In this document: positions 8,810 to 18,618 of the stretch, in pieces
How the letters are laid out: each line of letters begins with the position of its first letter
Position numbering within the stretch: position 1 is the first letter of the stretch
Assembly: GCA_036398335.1 (NCBI GenBank)
Contig: DASWQB010000284.1
Location: 1-47,796 of the forward strand
DNA length: 47,796 nt
Source: Afipia sp.
GTDB lineage: Bacteria; Pseudomonadota; Alphaproteobacteria; Rhizobiales; Xanthobacteraceae
Reading direction: 5' to 3'
The notes under the pieces: generated by a model
What the model was told of the DNA's origin: nothing
Seen by the model: the letters and a program-made list of their open reading frames with translations, nothing else
The model's database searches: none
Translations under genes and position numbers: made by a program

Positions 8810-10528
8810 CTAGCTTGCAGCCGCCGGCGTCAGTGAGTTGGTCACTGGCGTCTCCCAAGGCCGGTTGACCGAGGCGAGGCCGATCAGGCGGCCCTGGATG
8901 TAATCGCAGCCCCAGCCCTGCAACAGTGCGGCGGATTCTTCGTCCTGCACCCACTCGGCCACCGTTTTGATATCGAGCCGATGAGCCAGATCGATCATGG
9001 TCTGCACGAACGCGCGATCGTCGGATGAACGCGAGATATTCTGTACGAACGCACCGTCGATCTTGACGATGTCCACGCCAAGCTTTCGCAGGTTGCGGAA
9101 CGACGTATAACCCGCGCCGAAATCGTCGATGGCGATGCGGCTGCCGAAATTTTTCAGCCGGGTGACGAAGCCGCGCACATCGTGGAGGTCCTGAATGGCG
9201 ACAGTCTCAGTGATCTCCACGATCATCCGCTCGGCGACGCCGGGACACGCGCGGAACAGGGATTCGATACCGGCCCACCAATCGGGGTCCATCGTCGTAT
9301 CCGGCGAGATGTTCAGACTCATCTGCACCTGCGGAGCGGCCTGCAATTCGGCAATCACAAGCTCAAGCACGCGATGATCGACGAGCCGGATAAGCCCGAG
9401 TTTTTCGGCGGTCGGCACGATGTCTGGCGCCAGTGAAAACTCGCCGTCGTCGCGCCGCATACGCACAAGCCCTTCATAGAAGGCCGGCCTACGTGTTGCC
9501 GTGTCGACCACAGGCTCGAACGCCATCACGATGCGCCGCTCGTTCAATGCGGTCACGATCTCGTCGGTGACGCGAATATTGACCTTTCGTTGCGCGTCGC
9601 GTTCGACATTCGGGCGCCACGGCAGGAATGAACCGCGGCGCCGCGCCTTGGCGCTTTCCAGTGCCTCCTGAGTGCGGCTCATCGCTTCTTCGGGCGTGCG
9701 CGCGTAACGCGGCACGCTGATCGCGCCTATCGACGCCGTTACCGACACCGGGCCGGATTTAGTCGGCACGATCTCATCGCGCACTGCGGCAAGAAAGCGT
9801 TCCGCGGCCACGTGCATGTCGTCGATGGTGCAGTTTTTCAGAATGAGACCAAATTTATTGCCGGAGAAGCGGCCCATCACATCGTCGCCGCGCAGCCGGG
9901 CGCGGATGCGCCTTGAGATTTCCACAATGACTTCATCCGCGACATCGAAACCGAACGCATCATTCAGCAGCGCGAGATGATCGATCCCGATCAGCATGAA
10001 CGAGAAGGCGGAGCGGAAACGCGCAGCTTCTTCCATCGCTTCGGCAAGCGCGGCAATCAAATGGGTGCGGTTGAACTCGCCGGTCAGGGGATCGTGTTGC
10101 GACAACTTGCGCAACTGTTCCTCGCGGGCGTGACGTTCGGTGTTGATGCGCAGGATGCCTTCCGCGCGAACTGCGCTGCCGTCAGGTCCGGCGAACCAGC
10201 GTCCGGATTCCTCGATCCAGACGATCGGTGCGGAAGCCGCCGCACGCAGTCCGTATTCGATCTGATAGAGGACACCGGAGCCTTCGTCTTTCACGCAAGC
10301 GTTCATCACCGCGTCGGTGCGGATGCCGCGTTTCGGTTCGATCAGTTTGGCAAAGTCGCTCGCCTTCGACAGCGCCTCGCGCGAAAAATCGCGCAGCACG
10401 TCTCCCGCGTTCTCGCTCCAGCGTAAAGAATCGCCCGCGATGTCCCAGACGAAGGTGACCTGTCCGAGCGTCTCCAAAATGGATGGCGCACGGGGTGGAA
10501 GAAAATCATCCTCCGTCACAATCATCAT
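8810..10528 (-). CDS. PAS-like/GGDEF(degenerate)/EAL protein, probable c-di-GMP phosphodiesterase
   Basis: HDPLTG, RFSGNKF in place of GGDEF, EAL domain with EGLVR, VEITE, DDFGAGYTS, KIDG and YIQG. Start uncertain (10528 or 10600). Confidence 0.88.
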   Translation of the reverse strand: MMIVTEDDFLPPRAPSILETLGQVTFVWDIAGDSLRWSENAGDVLRDFSREALSKASDFAKLIEPKRGIRTDAVMNACVKDEGSGVLYQIEYGLRAAASAPIVWIEESGRWFAGPDGSAVRAEGILRINTERHAREEQLRKLSQHDPLTGEFNRTHLIAALAEAMEEAARFRSAFSFMLIGIDHLALLNDAFGFDVADEVIVEISRRIRARLRGDDVMGRFSGNKFGLILKNCTIDDMHVAAERFLAAVRDEIVPTKSGPVSVTASIGAISVPRYARTPEEAMSRTQEALESAKARRRGSFLPWRPNVERDAQRKVNIRVTDEIVTALNERRIVMAFEPVVDTATRRPAFYEGLVRMRRDDGEFSLAPDIVPTAEKLGLIRLVDHRVLELVIAELQAAPQVQMSLNISPDTTMDPDWWAGIESLFRACPGVAERMIVEITETVAIQDLHDVRGFVTRLKNFGSRIAIDDFGAGYTSFRNLRKLGVDIVKIDGAFVQNISRSSDDRAFVQTMIDLAHRLDIKTVAEWVQDEESAALLQGWGCDYIQGRLIGLASVNRPWETPVTNSLTPAAAS

Positions 10529-10701
10529 GACGCTCTCATTCTGAGTTTGCGCTGCGGTCAAAGTCGCCCCGATCCGGCACAGATAAAAGTGATTCGCCAA
10601 TGAGGATAATGCGTTCTGTCCGGCAGCCTAGGGCAGGTTCCTAAATAATCTAAGAAAACCAGCGTCCTGAATTGATCCTCCCTGAAGCGTTTCCCATGAA
10701 A

Positions 10702-10717
10702 AGGCATGCGCTTTGCG
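10702..10717 (+). promoter_or_regulatory. Putative sigma54 (-24/-12) promoter
   Basis: AGGCATG-CGCT-TTGCG gives exact GG-N10-GC spacing, close to TGGCACG-N4-TTGC. Lies about 60 nt before ORF 10776. Confidence 0.55.
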
Positions 10718-10775
10718 AGGTCTACGTTGAGCGGCAAGAAATGTCCCAAAATGGGACGCGCCCAAGGAACGTCGG

Positions 10776-11117
10776 ATGATTGCCGGCAAATGTTCAAATC
10801 CTCCAAGAGGATATGGAGCCGCCGAGCAGTGGCGGCAGGCGGCTGCGCCAAAGGGCCTTACCGCTGATGGCGATGCTGCGGCGAGCTGCAAAGAATTGGT
10901 CGCTCAAGGCAAGTTCCGTCCCCGCGCCGTGGCGCGCCTGAACCATCCGGATGCGTCTTTCGTGACTCATCTGATCGCAACGGTTGAACAGGCTCCGCAA
11001 ACCCGCGCCCTTCGGCGGGCATCGCTTGCAGATGCGATGTCGTATTATGACGCAATGACGAAGGTGACATCGTCCGGAAATCGCGCCACGACGAAAGGCT
11101 CGTCTCGCCTGGCCTAG
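10776..11117 (+). CDS. Hypothetical protein
   Basis: Fills the gap between two - strand genes. AAGGA RBS before the ATG and an upstream sigma54-like site. No motif recognised. Confidence 0.6.
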   Translation: MIAGKCSNPPRGYGAAEQWRQAAAPKGLTADGDAAASCKELVAQGKFRPRAVARLNHPDASFVTHLIATVEQAPQTRALRRASLADAMSYYDAMTKVTSSGNRATTKGSSRLA

Positions 11118-11146
11118 GCTCGCGACTACAAAAATATCGAAACCGG

Positions 11147-11884
11147 TCAGCCCGCCGAAGGCGGCTTTTCGGAAGGCGCGGGTGCCTTCGTCGCGCCCGG
11201 AGAATCTGTGTCCTGTACCAGATCGGCCACGCTCCATTCCGAAATCTTGCGGCCGGCTTTTGTTGCGCCGGTCGAAACCTCGTGGATCGCGGGAGAGATC
11301 TTCTCCATCGGCGGGACAACGGCCTGCGATACCGGTGGCGTGCCGGGCATCACAGGGGACGCAGTACGCGGCGGCTCCGGCCTAATTATCTCACGCGGTG
11401 ACGGCTCCGGCGTCCATCGTCCGGCGGGCTCGTCTGCGATCGGCCGCTCCGGCGTATCATCATGCGGAATGCAGTCGTGATCGTCAGCGGGCACGTCATC
11501 GATTGTACGGTATTTGCGGTGACGCAGCGCGCTCGCGGCACCGGCAAGGAAATCCACGGCCATCAGCAGGGTCAGCAAAAAGAACGTTGAGGTGCCGAAG
11601 GGCGAAAGCAGCAGGAATTCAGCGAGCGCACCGCCAAAAACAAGCAGCGACAGCAAATGATCGGTGAGGTATTTCGCGCCCGGGCGCGCCGCTTTTACGA
11701 CCTCGAACAACAGCAGCAGCAGGCTGAGCGCCAAAAGCAAATCGCCGAAAGTCAAAGACCATTCGGCGCCGGACAATAGCCGCACGGTCGCAATCGCCGC
11801 GGTGAATGACACGCCCGGCATCAGAAAAACGACGATATTGTAAATCGCGAGCGGGATGAGAAGCAGCGGAAAACCGATCGTCAT
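11147..11884 (-). CDS. Hypothetical membrane protein (about 4 TM segments plus Pro-rich tail)
   Basis: Hydrophobic N-terminal ~120 aa including DHLLSLLVF, followed by an acidic Pro-rich tail. Confidence 0.75.
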   Translation of the reverse strand: MTIGFPLLLIPLAIYNIVVFLMPGVSFTAAIATVRLLSGAEWSLTFGDLLLALSLLLLLFEVVKAARPGAKYLTDHLLSLLVFGGALAEFLLLSPFGTSTFFLLTLLMAVDFLAGAASALRHRKYRTIDDVPADDHDCIPHDDTPERPIADEPAGRWTPEPSPREIIRPEPPRTASPVMPGTPPVSQAVVPPMEKISPAIHEVSTGATKAGRKISEWSVADLVQDTDSPGATKAPAPSEKPPSAG

Positions 11885-11993
11885 CGGCCAGGCTTTCTGT
11901 CGCTATCGTTTAAACGCGCGTCGCTTGCAACTTCGCCGAATTCAACTCGGCGATGAAGGCCGCGCGGCTCATCGCCGCGCGTCCAAAGGCGTC

Positions 11994-12176
11994 TTAGTCC
12001 TTCTTGACCTTCAGGACCTGACGGCCCTTGTACATGCCGGTCTTCAGATCGAGGTGATGCGGACGACGCAATTCACCCGAATCCTTGTCTTCGACATAGG
12101 TCGGCTTCTTGAGCGCATCAGCCGAGCGGCGCATGCCACGGCGTGACGGCGATGTTTTCCTGCGTGGAACGGCCAT
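11994..12176 (-). CDS. rpmF: 50S ribosomal protein L32
   Basis: [18 protein letters not shown]...[28 protein letters not shown]. Confidence 0.97.
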   Translation of the reverse strand: MAVPRRKTSPSRRGMRRSADALKKPTYVEDKDSGELRRPHHLDLKTGMYKGRQVLKVKKD

Positions 12177-12300
12177 AACTTCGTCCTCTGGTCGAAAGCG
12201 GCCCACCCTTGGCAGGCGCCCTATCGAAAATTGTGATTGAGCACGGGCTTATAGAGGAAGGACGCAGCCAAAGCTAGACCCGGAGAAGCCCGAAATAGCC

Positions 12301-12984
12301 CTAAAATCCGCGATTTCGGCCCCAGCAATTGCCGATTTCGGCCGATTGCGCGCGGATCATATAGGTTCCCGCCATACGGCGGACGGCTGGCCCCGGTTGC
12401 CGGGCGCTCCGCTTGAGCGGATTTGGCAGGATCGCCACCAAAAGCGCGGCCTCCTGCGCCGAGAGGAGCCCAGCGGAGCGTCCGAAAGCATATTGCGCCC
12501 CCGCTTCCACGCCGAACTGGCCGCTCGGGCCGAGTTCGGCGATATTTAGATACATCTCCAGAATCCGCTTTTTCGACAGCACCAGATCGATCCACAGCGC
12601 CAGCGGGAACTCGAGGCCCTTGCGGATAAAACTGCGGCCAGGCCACAAAAACAGGTTCTTGGCGACCTGCTGCGTAATGGTCGAGCCACCGCGCGCCACC
12701 TCGCCGTCCTCAGCGTCTTCGATGACATCGCGCAGCGAATTCCAGTCGATGCCCCGGTGAGAACAAAACAGCGCATCCTCGGCTGCAACCGCCGAGCGCG
12801 GCAGCGCCGGCGACATGGCGTCGATATCGATCCATGTCCGCGTCACCGGCGCGCCCGTGAGCCAGCGCCCCAACATCAGGGCCGAGGCCGGATGGCCGAG
12901 GCTGTAAAGCGGGGTGAGGACATAAGGCAGCAGCACCACCGCCAACACCGTGAGCATAATCGCGCGGATCGCCGGTCGCATCAC
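12301..12984 (-). CDS. mtgA: Monofunctional biosynthetic peptidoglycan transglycosylase
   Basis: GT51 motifs [35 protein letters not shown] and [10 protein letters not shown]. No transpeptidase domain. Confidence 0.93.
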   Translation of the reverse strand: MMRPAIRAIMLTVLAVVLLPYVLTPLYSLGHPASALMLGRWLTGAPVTRTWIDIDAMSPALPRSAVAAEDALFCSHRGIDWNSLRDVIEDAEDGEVARGGSTITQQVAKNLFLWPGRSFIRKGLEFPLALWIDLVLSKKRILEMYLNIAELGPSGQFGVEAGAQYAFGRSAGLLSAQEAALLVAILPNPLKRSARQPGPAVRRMAGTYMIRAQSAEIGNCWGRNRGF

Positions 12985-13142
12985 GCCTCAAAGTTCACGG
13001 GACGGACCGCGCCGATCGCGGACCTCAAGGCGGCAATTTATCAGAAGCCGCATCGGGGACGAAATCCTTCCCCGGAAGCGATTGGCGGAATTGACGCGGC
13101 CGGTCCCATGAAGGATTGTCCGGCCAAATTCTGGAGCCCCTG

Positions 13143-14069
13143 ATGACCACCGGCCTTTCCAACCAAGACTTTGCCAAATTGCTCGACACGACCGCAGCCG
13201 ACACCGAGATTCTGCTCGGCAAATTGCTGTCCGATACGACGCTTCCCGGCGAGATTGCCCGTCCCCGCCGCCTGATGGACGCAATGCGCTATTCAAGTTT
13301 GAACGGCGGCAAGCGCCTGCGCCCGTTTCTGATGGTGGCCAGCGCCGATGTCTTTGGCGTGCCGCGCGCTTCAGCGCTGCTGGCCGGAGCCGCGCTTGAA
13401 TGCATTCACTGCTATTCGCTGATCCATGACGATTTACCCTCAATGGACAACAGCGATTTGCGGCGCGGGCGGCCGACCTCGCACAAGAAATACGACGAAG
13501 CCACCGCGATCCTGGCCGGCGACGGATTGCTGACGCTGGCTTTTGACATCATCACCCGCGACGAGGTCCATAGTGATCCGGCCATCCGCCTCGCGCTGAC
13601 GCGGGCGCTGGCGCGCGCCGCCGGCATCGGCGGCATGGTCGGAGGCCAGATCATGGATCTGGCGGGCGAAGGCCGTTTCGGTGACCCCGAGCCGCCGGAT
13701 GTCGCCAGGCTTCAGCAGATGAAAACCGGCGCGCTCTTGAAATATGGCTGTATCGCCGGCGCGATCCTTGGAAATGCCTCCAAGGAACAATATGCCGCAC
13801 TCGACACTTATGGTCATTTGTTCGGTGAAGCGTTCCAGATCGCCGACGATTTGCTCGACGTCGAAGGCGATGCGGCCGCGCTCGGCAAGCCCGCAGGGCA
13901 GGACGCTGCCGCCGGCAAAACCACCTTCGTGACCCAGCTCGGCGTTGACGGCGCCAAAGCGCGGTTGCGCGATCTGCTCAAGCAGGCGGATTCGGCATTG
14001 ACGCCGTTCGGTACGAAAGGCGATGTTCTTCGGGCCGCCGCCCGCTTCGTCGCCGAGCGGCAAAATTAG
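13143..14069 (+). CDS. ispA: Farnesyl diphosphate synthase / polyprenyl synthetase
   Basis: GGKRLRP, SLIHDDLPSMD..LRRG, GGQ, KTGAL and FQIADDLLD. Confidence 0.92.
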   Translation: MTTGLSNQDFAKLLDTTAADTEILLGKLLSDTTLPGEIARPRRLMDAMRYSSLNGGKRLRPFLMVASADVFGVPRASALLAGAALECIHCYSLIHDDLPSMDNSDLRRGRPTSHKKYDEATAILAGDGLLTLAFDIITRDEVHSDPAIRLALTRALARAAGIGGMVGGQIMDLAGEGRFGDPEPPDVARLQQMKTGALLKYGCIAGAILGNASKEQYAALDTYGHLFGEAFQIADDLLDVEGDAAALGKPAGQDAAAGKTTFVTQLGVDGAKARLRDLLKQADSALTPFGTKGDVLRAAARFVAERQN

Positions 14070-14075
14070 GAAGAC

Positions 14076-14792
14076 ATGAAAGCAAAAAAGGCCGCGAGCC
14101 GCGCAAAGCGATCGGTGCCGGTGAATCAGAGGGAAGAAGATCTCTTCCTTCGCTTTCAACGGATGCCGAAAGCGGTGCGGATCGTCTATTCGCGCCCGCG
14201 GCTCTTCATTTCCATCGCCATCGGAATGGCCGCGGCGCTTGTGATGCCGTGGTCGTGGCGGCTGACGACGCGTCTCCTGCTGGCGTGGGATATTTCGCTG
14301 GTGCTGTACTTGATCCTCGCCTTCACAACGGTTTTTTCATGCGGTGCCGAATTCATGCACCGCCAAGCCGCTCTGCAGGACGATGGCCGTTTTTTCATAC
14401 TTGGCATGACATCGACCGCTGCTTTCGCCAGCATCGCGGCTATCCTTCTCGAACTCGGCTCGGCCAATCGAGCCACACCGCAACTTGTGCTTGCGGTGGT
14501 GACAATTGCGCTGTCCTGGGCTGCGATCCACACCACCTTCGCGCTGCATTACGCGCATGAATATTTTCGCGGCGGCGAAGTCGGGGGACTGAATTTTCCG
14601 GGCGGCGGCGATCCGGATTATTGGGATTTCGTATATTTTTCCTTTGTGATCGGCATGACCGCGCAAGTTTCCGATGTCGGCATCTCCGACAAAATCATCC
14701 GCCGCACGGCAACCGTGCACGGCGTGGTATCGTTCGTTTTCAATACAGCTTTACTGGCATTGATGGTGAACATTGCCGCGAGCGCGATTTAA
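14076..14792 (+). CDS. DUF1345 membrane protein
   Basis: FALHYAHEY, GLNFPG..PDYWDFVYFSFVIGMTAQVSDV. Confidence 0.88.
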   Translation: MKAKKAASRAKRSVPVNQREEDLFLRFQRMPKAVRIVYSRPRLFISIAIGMAAALVMPWSWRLTTRLLLAWDISLVLYLILAFTTVFSCGAEFMHRQAALQDDGRFFILGMTSTAAFASIAAILLELGSANRATPQLVLAVVTIALSWAAIHTTFALHYAHEYFRGGEVGGLNFPGGGDPDYWDFVYFSFVIGMTAQVSDVGISDKIIRRTATVHGVVSFVFNTALLALMVNIAASAI

Positions 14793-16400
14793 ATGGCCCA
14801 CGAATTTCTGACATTCCTGCTGGTCCTGACGGTACTCTGCGCGGCTGCGACCGCTGCGCGTAAATTCGACCTCACCCCGGCCATCGTGTTTCTGGTGGTC
14901 GGCGTCGCACTGGCCTTCGTTCCGGGCATCCCGCCGATCGTGATGGAGCCGGAAGCCGTGCTTTTACTCGTCCTGCCGCCGCTGATTTATTCCGCGGGCG
15001 TGTCGATGAGTTGGCGCGAATTCAAGTCCAATTTGCGCCCGATCTCGATGCTCGCCGTCGGCGCCGTGATCTTCACCACTTTCGCGGTCGCCTGCGCCGC
15101 ACACTGGCTGCTCAATCTGCCATGGGCGGTCGGCTTCGTGCTGGGCGCCATCGTGTCCCCGCCCGACGTTATTGCGCCGCTTGCGATCGCCCGAAGGCTC
15201 GGGCTGGAGCACCGCATTCTGGTGATCCTGGAGGGCGAGGGTCTCGCCAACGATGCAACCGCGCTTATCCTCTACCGTTTCGCGGTCGCCGCGGTAACGA
15301 CCGGCACATTCTCGCTCTTGTCGGCAACCGTCTCCTTCACCGGCATCCTGATCGGCGAGATCGTGTTCGGTATCATCGTCGGCTGGCTCAGTCTGAGATT
15401 CCGGCAATGGGCGCATGATACACGCGTCGAGATTTCACTGTCGCTGCTGACGCCCTATTTCGCGTTCTGGGTGCCGCAGCATTTCGGCGGCTCCGGTGTC
15501 ATCGCAACCGTGGTCACGGGTCTTTACGTCAGCTGGAACGGACCACTGCTGATCTCGGCCGCGACGCGCCTCCAAGGCATCTTCTTCTGGGACTTTGTGA
15601 TCTGGCTGATCGAAGGCGTGCTATTTTTGATCGTCGGATTCCAGACCAAGCTGCTGTTCGAAACATCGAAAGCTCTTCCCTTCAACGACGTGCTGTTCGC
15701 GATCACGATCATCTCGGCGATCGTGATCGCAGCCCGCTTCATGTGGGTGTTTCCCTCCGCCTATCTGCCGCAATGGCTCAGCAGGCGCGTCCGCAAACGG
15801 GACCCGGCGCCGCCATGGCGAAGCATCGTCGTTATCGGATTCACGGGAATTCGCGGAGTCGTGTCGCTGGCGGTCGCGCTGGCGCTGCCGTTGACGCTGC
15901 CGAATGGCGAGGGATTCCCGCACCGCGACCTGCTGCTCTTGATATCCTTCGGCGTCATCTTCGTCACGGTCGTCGGTATTGGCACGACACTGCCGCTGTT
16001 GGTCAATGTGCTTGGCATGTCGAAAAAGGGCCGCGCCGAGGCCATCCGCGAACGTGAGGCCGAGATTGCCGCCCGCCGCGAAATTCTCCAGTCGGCGCGC
16101 GTGACATTGAAAAAAATAATCACTGAGCGAAACCTGTCCGAAAGCCTCGCCAAATTTCTCGAAGCGCGGCATGAGACCCGCATGCGCGCGTTGCCGGACC
16201 CGCCGAAAAACGAAGGTGAAAACACCCCAGCAACAAAAGGCACATCGATGGTGCGCGAGATCATCACGGTGGAGCGAACGTTGCTGCACAAACTGCTGCG
16301 CGACGGCAAGATCACCGACGAGACGCGGCGGCGCATTGAGCGCGATCTCGATTTGGAAGAAGCGGTCGTCAACAACCGCGAGAAAAATTCACCGCTGTGA
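14793..16400 (+). CDS. Na+/H+ antiporter, CPA1 family (NhaP/YjcE-like)
   Basis: LPPLIY, GAIVSPPD, LEGEGLANDATAL, GIRGVVSLA and C-terminal RRIERDLDLEE. Confidence 0.92.
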   Translation: MAHEFLTFLLVLTVLCAAATAARKFDLTPAIVFLVVGVALAFVPGIPPIVMEPEAVLLLVLPPLIYSAGVSMSWREFKSNLRPISMLAVGAVIFTTFAVACAAHWLLNLPWAVGFVLGAIVSPPDVIAPLAIARRLGLEHRILVILEGEGLANDATALILYRFAVAAVTTGTFSLLSATVSFTGILIGEIVFGIIVGWLSLRFRQWAHDTRVEISLSLLTPYFAFWVPQHFGGSGVIATVVTGLYVSWNGPLLISAATRLQGIFFWDFVIWLIEGVLFLIVGFQTKLLFETSKALPFNDVLFAITIISAIVIAARFMWVFPSAYLPQWLSRRVRKRDPAPPWRSIVVIGFTGIRGVVSLAVALALPLTLPNGEGFPHRDLLLLISFGVIFVTVVGIGTTLPLLVNVLGMSKKGRAEAIREREAEIAARREILQSARVTLKKIITERNLSESLAKFLEARHETRMRALPDPPKNEGENTPATKGTSMVREIITVERTLLHKLLRDGKITDETRRRIERDLDLEEAVVNNREKNSPL

Positions 16401-16437
16401 AGCGGTGCATTTTTTCGATCGGCCTATCGGCGATCAA

Positions 16438-17724
16438 TCATTCCGCCGCGGTGACGGCCTCAGCCCGCACATTCACGCCATAGCGCTGATCGATATAGTC
16501 GATCACCAGTGCCTTGAAGTCGGCGGCGATCGATGGACCGCGCAAGGTGCGGAATTTCTCGCCATCGACGAAGACGGGCGCGGCCGGTGTCTCGCCGGTG
16601 CCCGGCAACGAAATGCCAATATTGGCATGCTTGGACTCGCCGGGACCGTTGACGATGCAACCCATCACCGCAACATTGAGTTGCTCAACGCCCGGATAGC
16701 GCGTCTTCCAGGCGGGCATCTCATCACGGATGAACGCCTGAATGTCACGCGCCAGTTCCTGGAACACCGTCGAGGTGGTGCGGCCGCAGCCGGGGCACGC
16801 GGCAACCAGCGGCACGAAGGTGCGAAAGCCCATGGTCTGGAGAATTTCCTGACCAACCTTCACCTCAATCGTGCGGTCGCCGCCGGGCTCCGGCGTCAGC
16901 GAGACGCGGATGGTATCGCCGATGCCGTCCTGAAGCAGGATGCCGAGCGCGGCGGATGAGGCGACGATGCCTTTCGACCCCATCCCGGCTTCGGTCAATC
17001 CCAGATGGATCGCGTAATCGGACCGCGACGCCAGTTCGCGATAGACCGCGATCAGATCCTGCACGTTCGATACCTTCGCCGAGAGGATCATCTTGTTCTT
17101 GGGCATGCCGATCTCTTCGGCGCGCGCAGCGGAGAGCAATGCCGACTGCACCATGGCCTCGCGCGTCACGGCGCGGGCGTCGATCGGGTTCGGCGACTTT
17201 GCGTTGTCTTCCATCAGGCGCGTCAGCAATTCCTGATCGAGCGAACCCCAATTCGCGCCGATGCGGACCGCCTTGTCATTCTTCAAGGCGATCTCGATGA
17301 TGTCGGTGAACTGGCTGTCGCGCTTGTTCTTGAAGCCGACATTGCCGGGATTGATGCGGTATTTCGACAATGCCGCCGCGCAGTCCGGATAATCGGCGAG
17401 CAGCTTGTGGCCGATGTAATGGAAGTCGCCGATCAGCGGCACATCGACGCCGAGCTTGTCGAGCTTTTCGCGGATGTGCGGCACGGCCGCAGCCGCTTCG
17501 TCACGGTCCACCGTGATGCGGACCATTTCCGAGCCGGCGCGCGCGAGCGCCGCGACCTGCGTGACGGTGCCCTCGATGTCGGCGGTGTCGGTGTTCGTCA
17601 TCGACTGCACCACGATCGGGGCGCCGCCGCCGACCTGGACGTTGCCCACCATGACCGCAACGGTGCGGTGGCGGCTCTTCGGCCCAGCCTCGATAATTTT
17701 CGTGCGCTCTTTAAGATCGGTCAT
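16438..17724 (-). CDS. ispG: (E)-4-hydroxy-3-methylbut-2-enyl-diphosphate synthase
   Basis: [37 protein letters not shown] and [10 protein letters not shown] (4Fe-4S ligands). Confidence 0.97.
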   Translation of the reverse strand: MTDLKERTKIIEAGPKSRHRTVAVMVGNVQVGGGAPIVVQSMTNTDTADIEGTVTQVAALARAGSEMVRITVDRDEAAAAVPHIREKLDKLGVDVPLIGDFHYIGHKLLADYPDCAAALSKYRINPGNVGFKNKRDSQFTDIIEIALKNDKAVRIGANWGSLDQELLTRLMEDNAKSPNPIDARAVTREAMVQSALLSAARAEEIGMPKNKMILSAKVSNVQDLIAVYRELASRSDYAIHLGLTEAGMGSKGIVASSAALGILLQDGIGDTIRVSLTPEPGGDRTIEVKVGQEILQTMGFRTFVPLVAACPGCGRTTSTVFQELARDIQAFIRDEMPAWKTRYPGVEQLNVAVMGCIVNGPGESKHANIGISLPGTGETPAAPVFVDGEKFRTLRGPSIAADFKALVIDYIDQRYGVNVRAEAVTAAE

Positions 17725-17907
17725 GGGGGACAATTATCTGTTTTCTGTGACGGCCAGCAATGCGCGCCGGATACTCATTTGCCGCCCTGTTTATCAGAAA
17801 CGGCCGGCTGATGACCAGCAATGCCATGCCCGGACAGCCAAAAACGACGCTGGCATGCAGATAGGCCCGAAAAGTTGCAAAAAAAGGTCAACTTTGGAGG
17901 GCCAAGG

Positions 17908-18408
17908 TCAAAGTGGGGAAGTGCTCCGCTGGCAATGGGCACACGTGCCCGTGATCTCGACGACCGAGAGTTTGGGGACAAACCCTGTTCCCCGCGCCGC
18001 TTCATTGAAGCTTTGGGCCAGTGCCGTACCGGGAATTTCACCGACCGATCCACACACATCGCAGATCAAAAAGGCGACCACGGAACTCGAATCGTGATCA
18101 TGGCCGCAGGCGAGAAACGCGTTGCGGCTCTCGATGCGATGGACCAGCCCGTTTTCCATTAGAAAATCCAACGCCCGGTAGATCGTAATCGGCGCCGGAC
18201 GCGGCATAGATTCCGCCAATTCTTCAATGATTTCATAGGCTCCCAACGGGCGGTGGCTGGCCAAAAGAGCCTGCAAGACCCGCCTGCGGATTGGCGTGAA
18301 TTTCTGGCCCCTATCCCCGCAGACTCGCTCGGCATGGGCGATTGCTGCCTCTGCGCACCGGCTATGATCGTGATCGGGGGTCGGAAAGACCAGCTTGGCT
18401 TGTGTCAT
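17908..18408 (-). CDS. zur: Fur-family transcriptional regulator, Zur-like
   Basis: DHDHSRC N-terminus, GAYEII, PITIYRALDFL, HRIESRNAFLAC and two CxxC motifs. Confidence 0.8.
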   Translation of the reverse strand: MTQAKLVFPTPDHDHSRCAEAAIAHAERVCGDRGQKFTPIRRRVLQALLASHRPLGAYEIIEELAESMPRPAPITIYRALDFLMENGLVHRIESRNAFLACGHDHDSSSVVAFLICDVCGSVGEIPGTALAQSFNEAARGTGFVPKLSVVEITGTCAHCQRSTSPL

Positions 18409-18490
18409 GGAACGACAATCTCGCACGGTTAATGTCGGTTCGCTTGTCTTTTCAGTGTCTTGAACAATCGCCCCGAATAAAGCCCTGTTT

Positions 18491-18518
18491 TGCGTCGCAG
18501 CGTGTCTATTGCATCGCA
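18491..18518. promoter_or_regulatory. Two PhaR-like boxes upstream of the patatin gene
   Basis: TGCGTCGCA (18491-18499) and TGCATCGCA (18510-18518). The second is identical to the 9-mer in the phaR promoter. Confidence 0.45.
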
Positions 18519-18618
18519 TCATAAAAGACCCAGATTCGAGATAGAATCATACCTCTGGGACCACACCCGCGCGGCGCCGGTCTATCATCCGTTCCTCCCC
18601 GAGAGAAAGAAGCTCCCA

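Noticed and set aside
11994-12176. Cysteine-free L32 near a Zur-like gene as a zinc-sparing paralog
   Set aside because: Cys-free L32 at the mtgA locus is the normal form in this lineage, and no Zur box was recognised.
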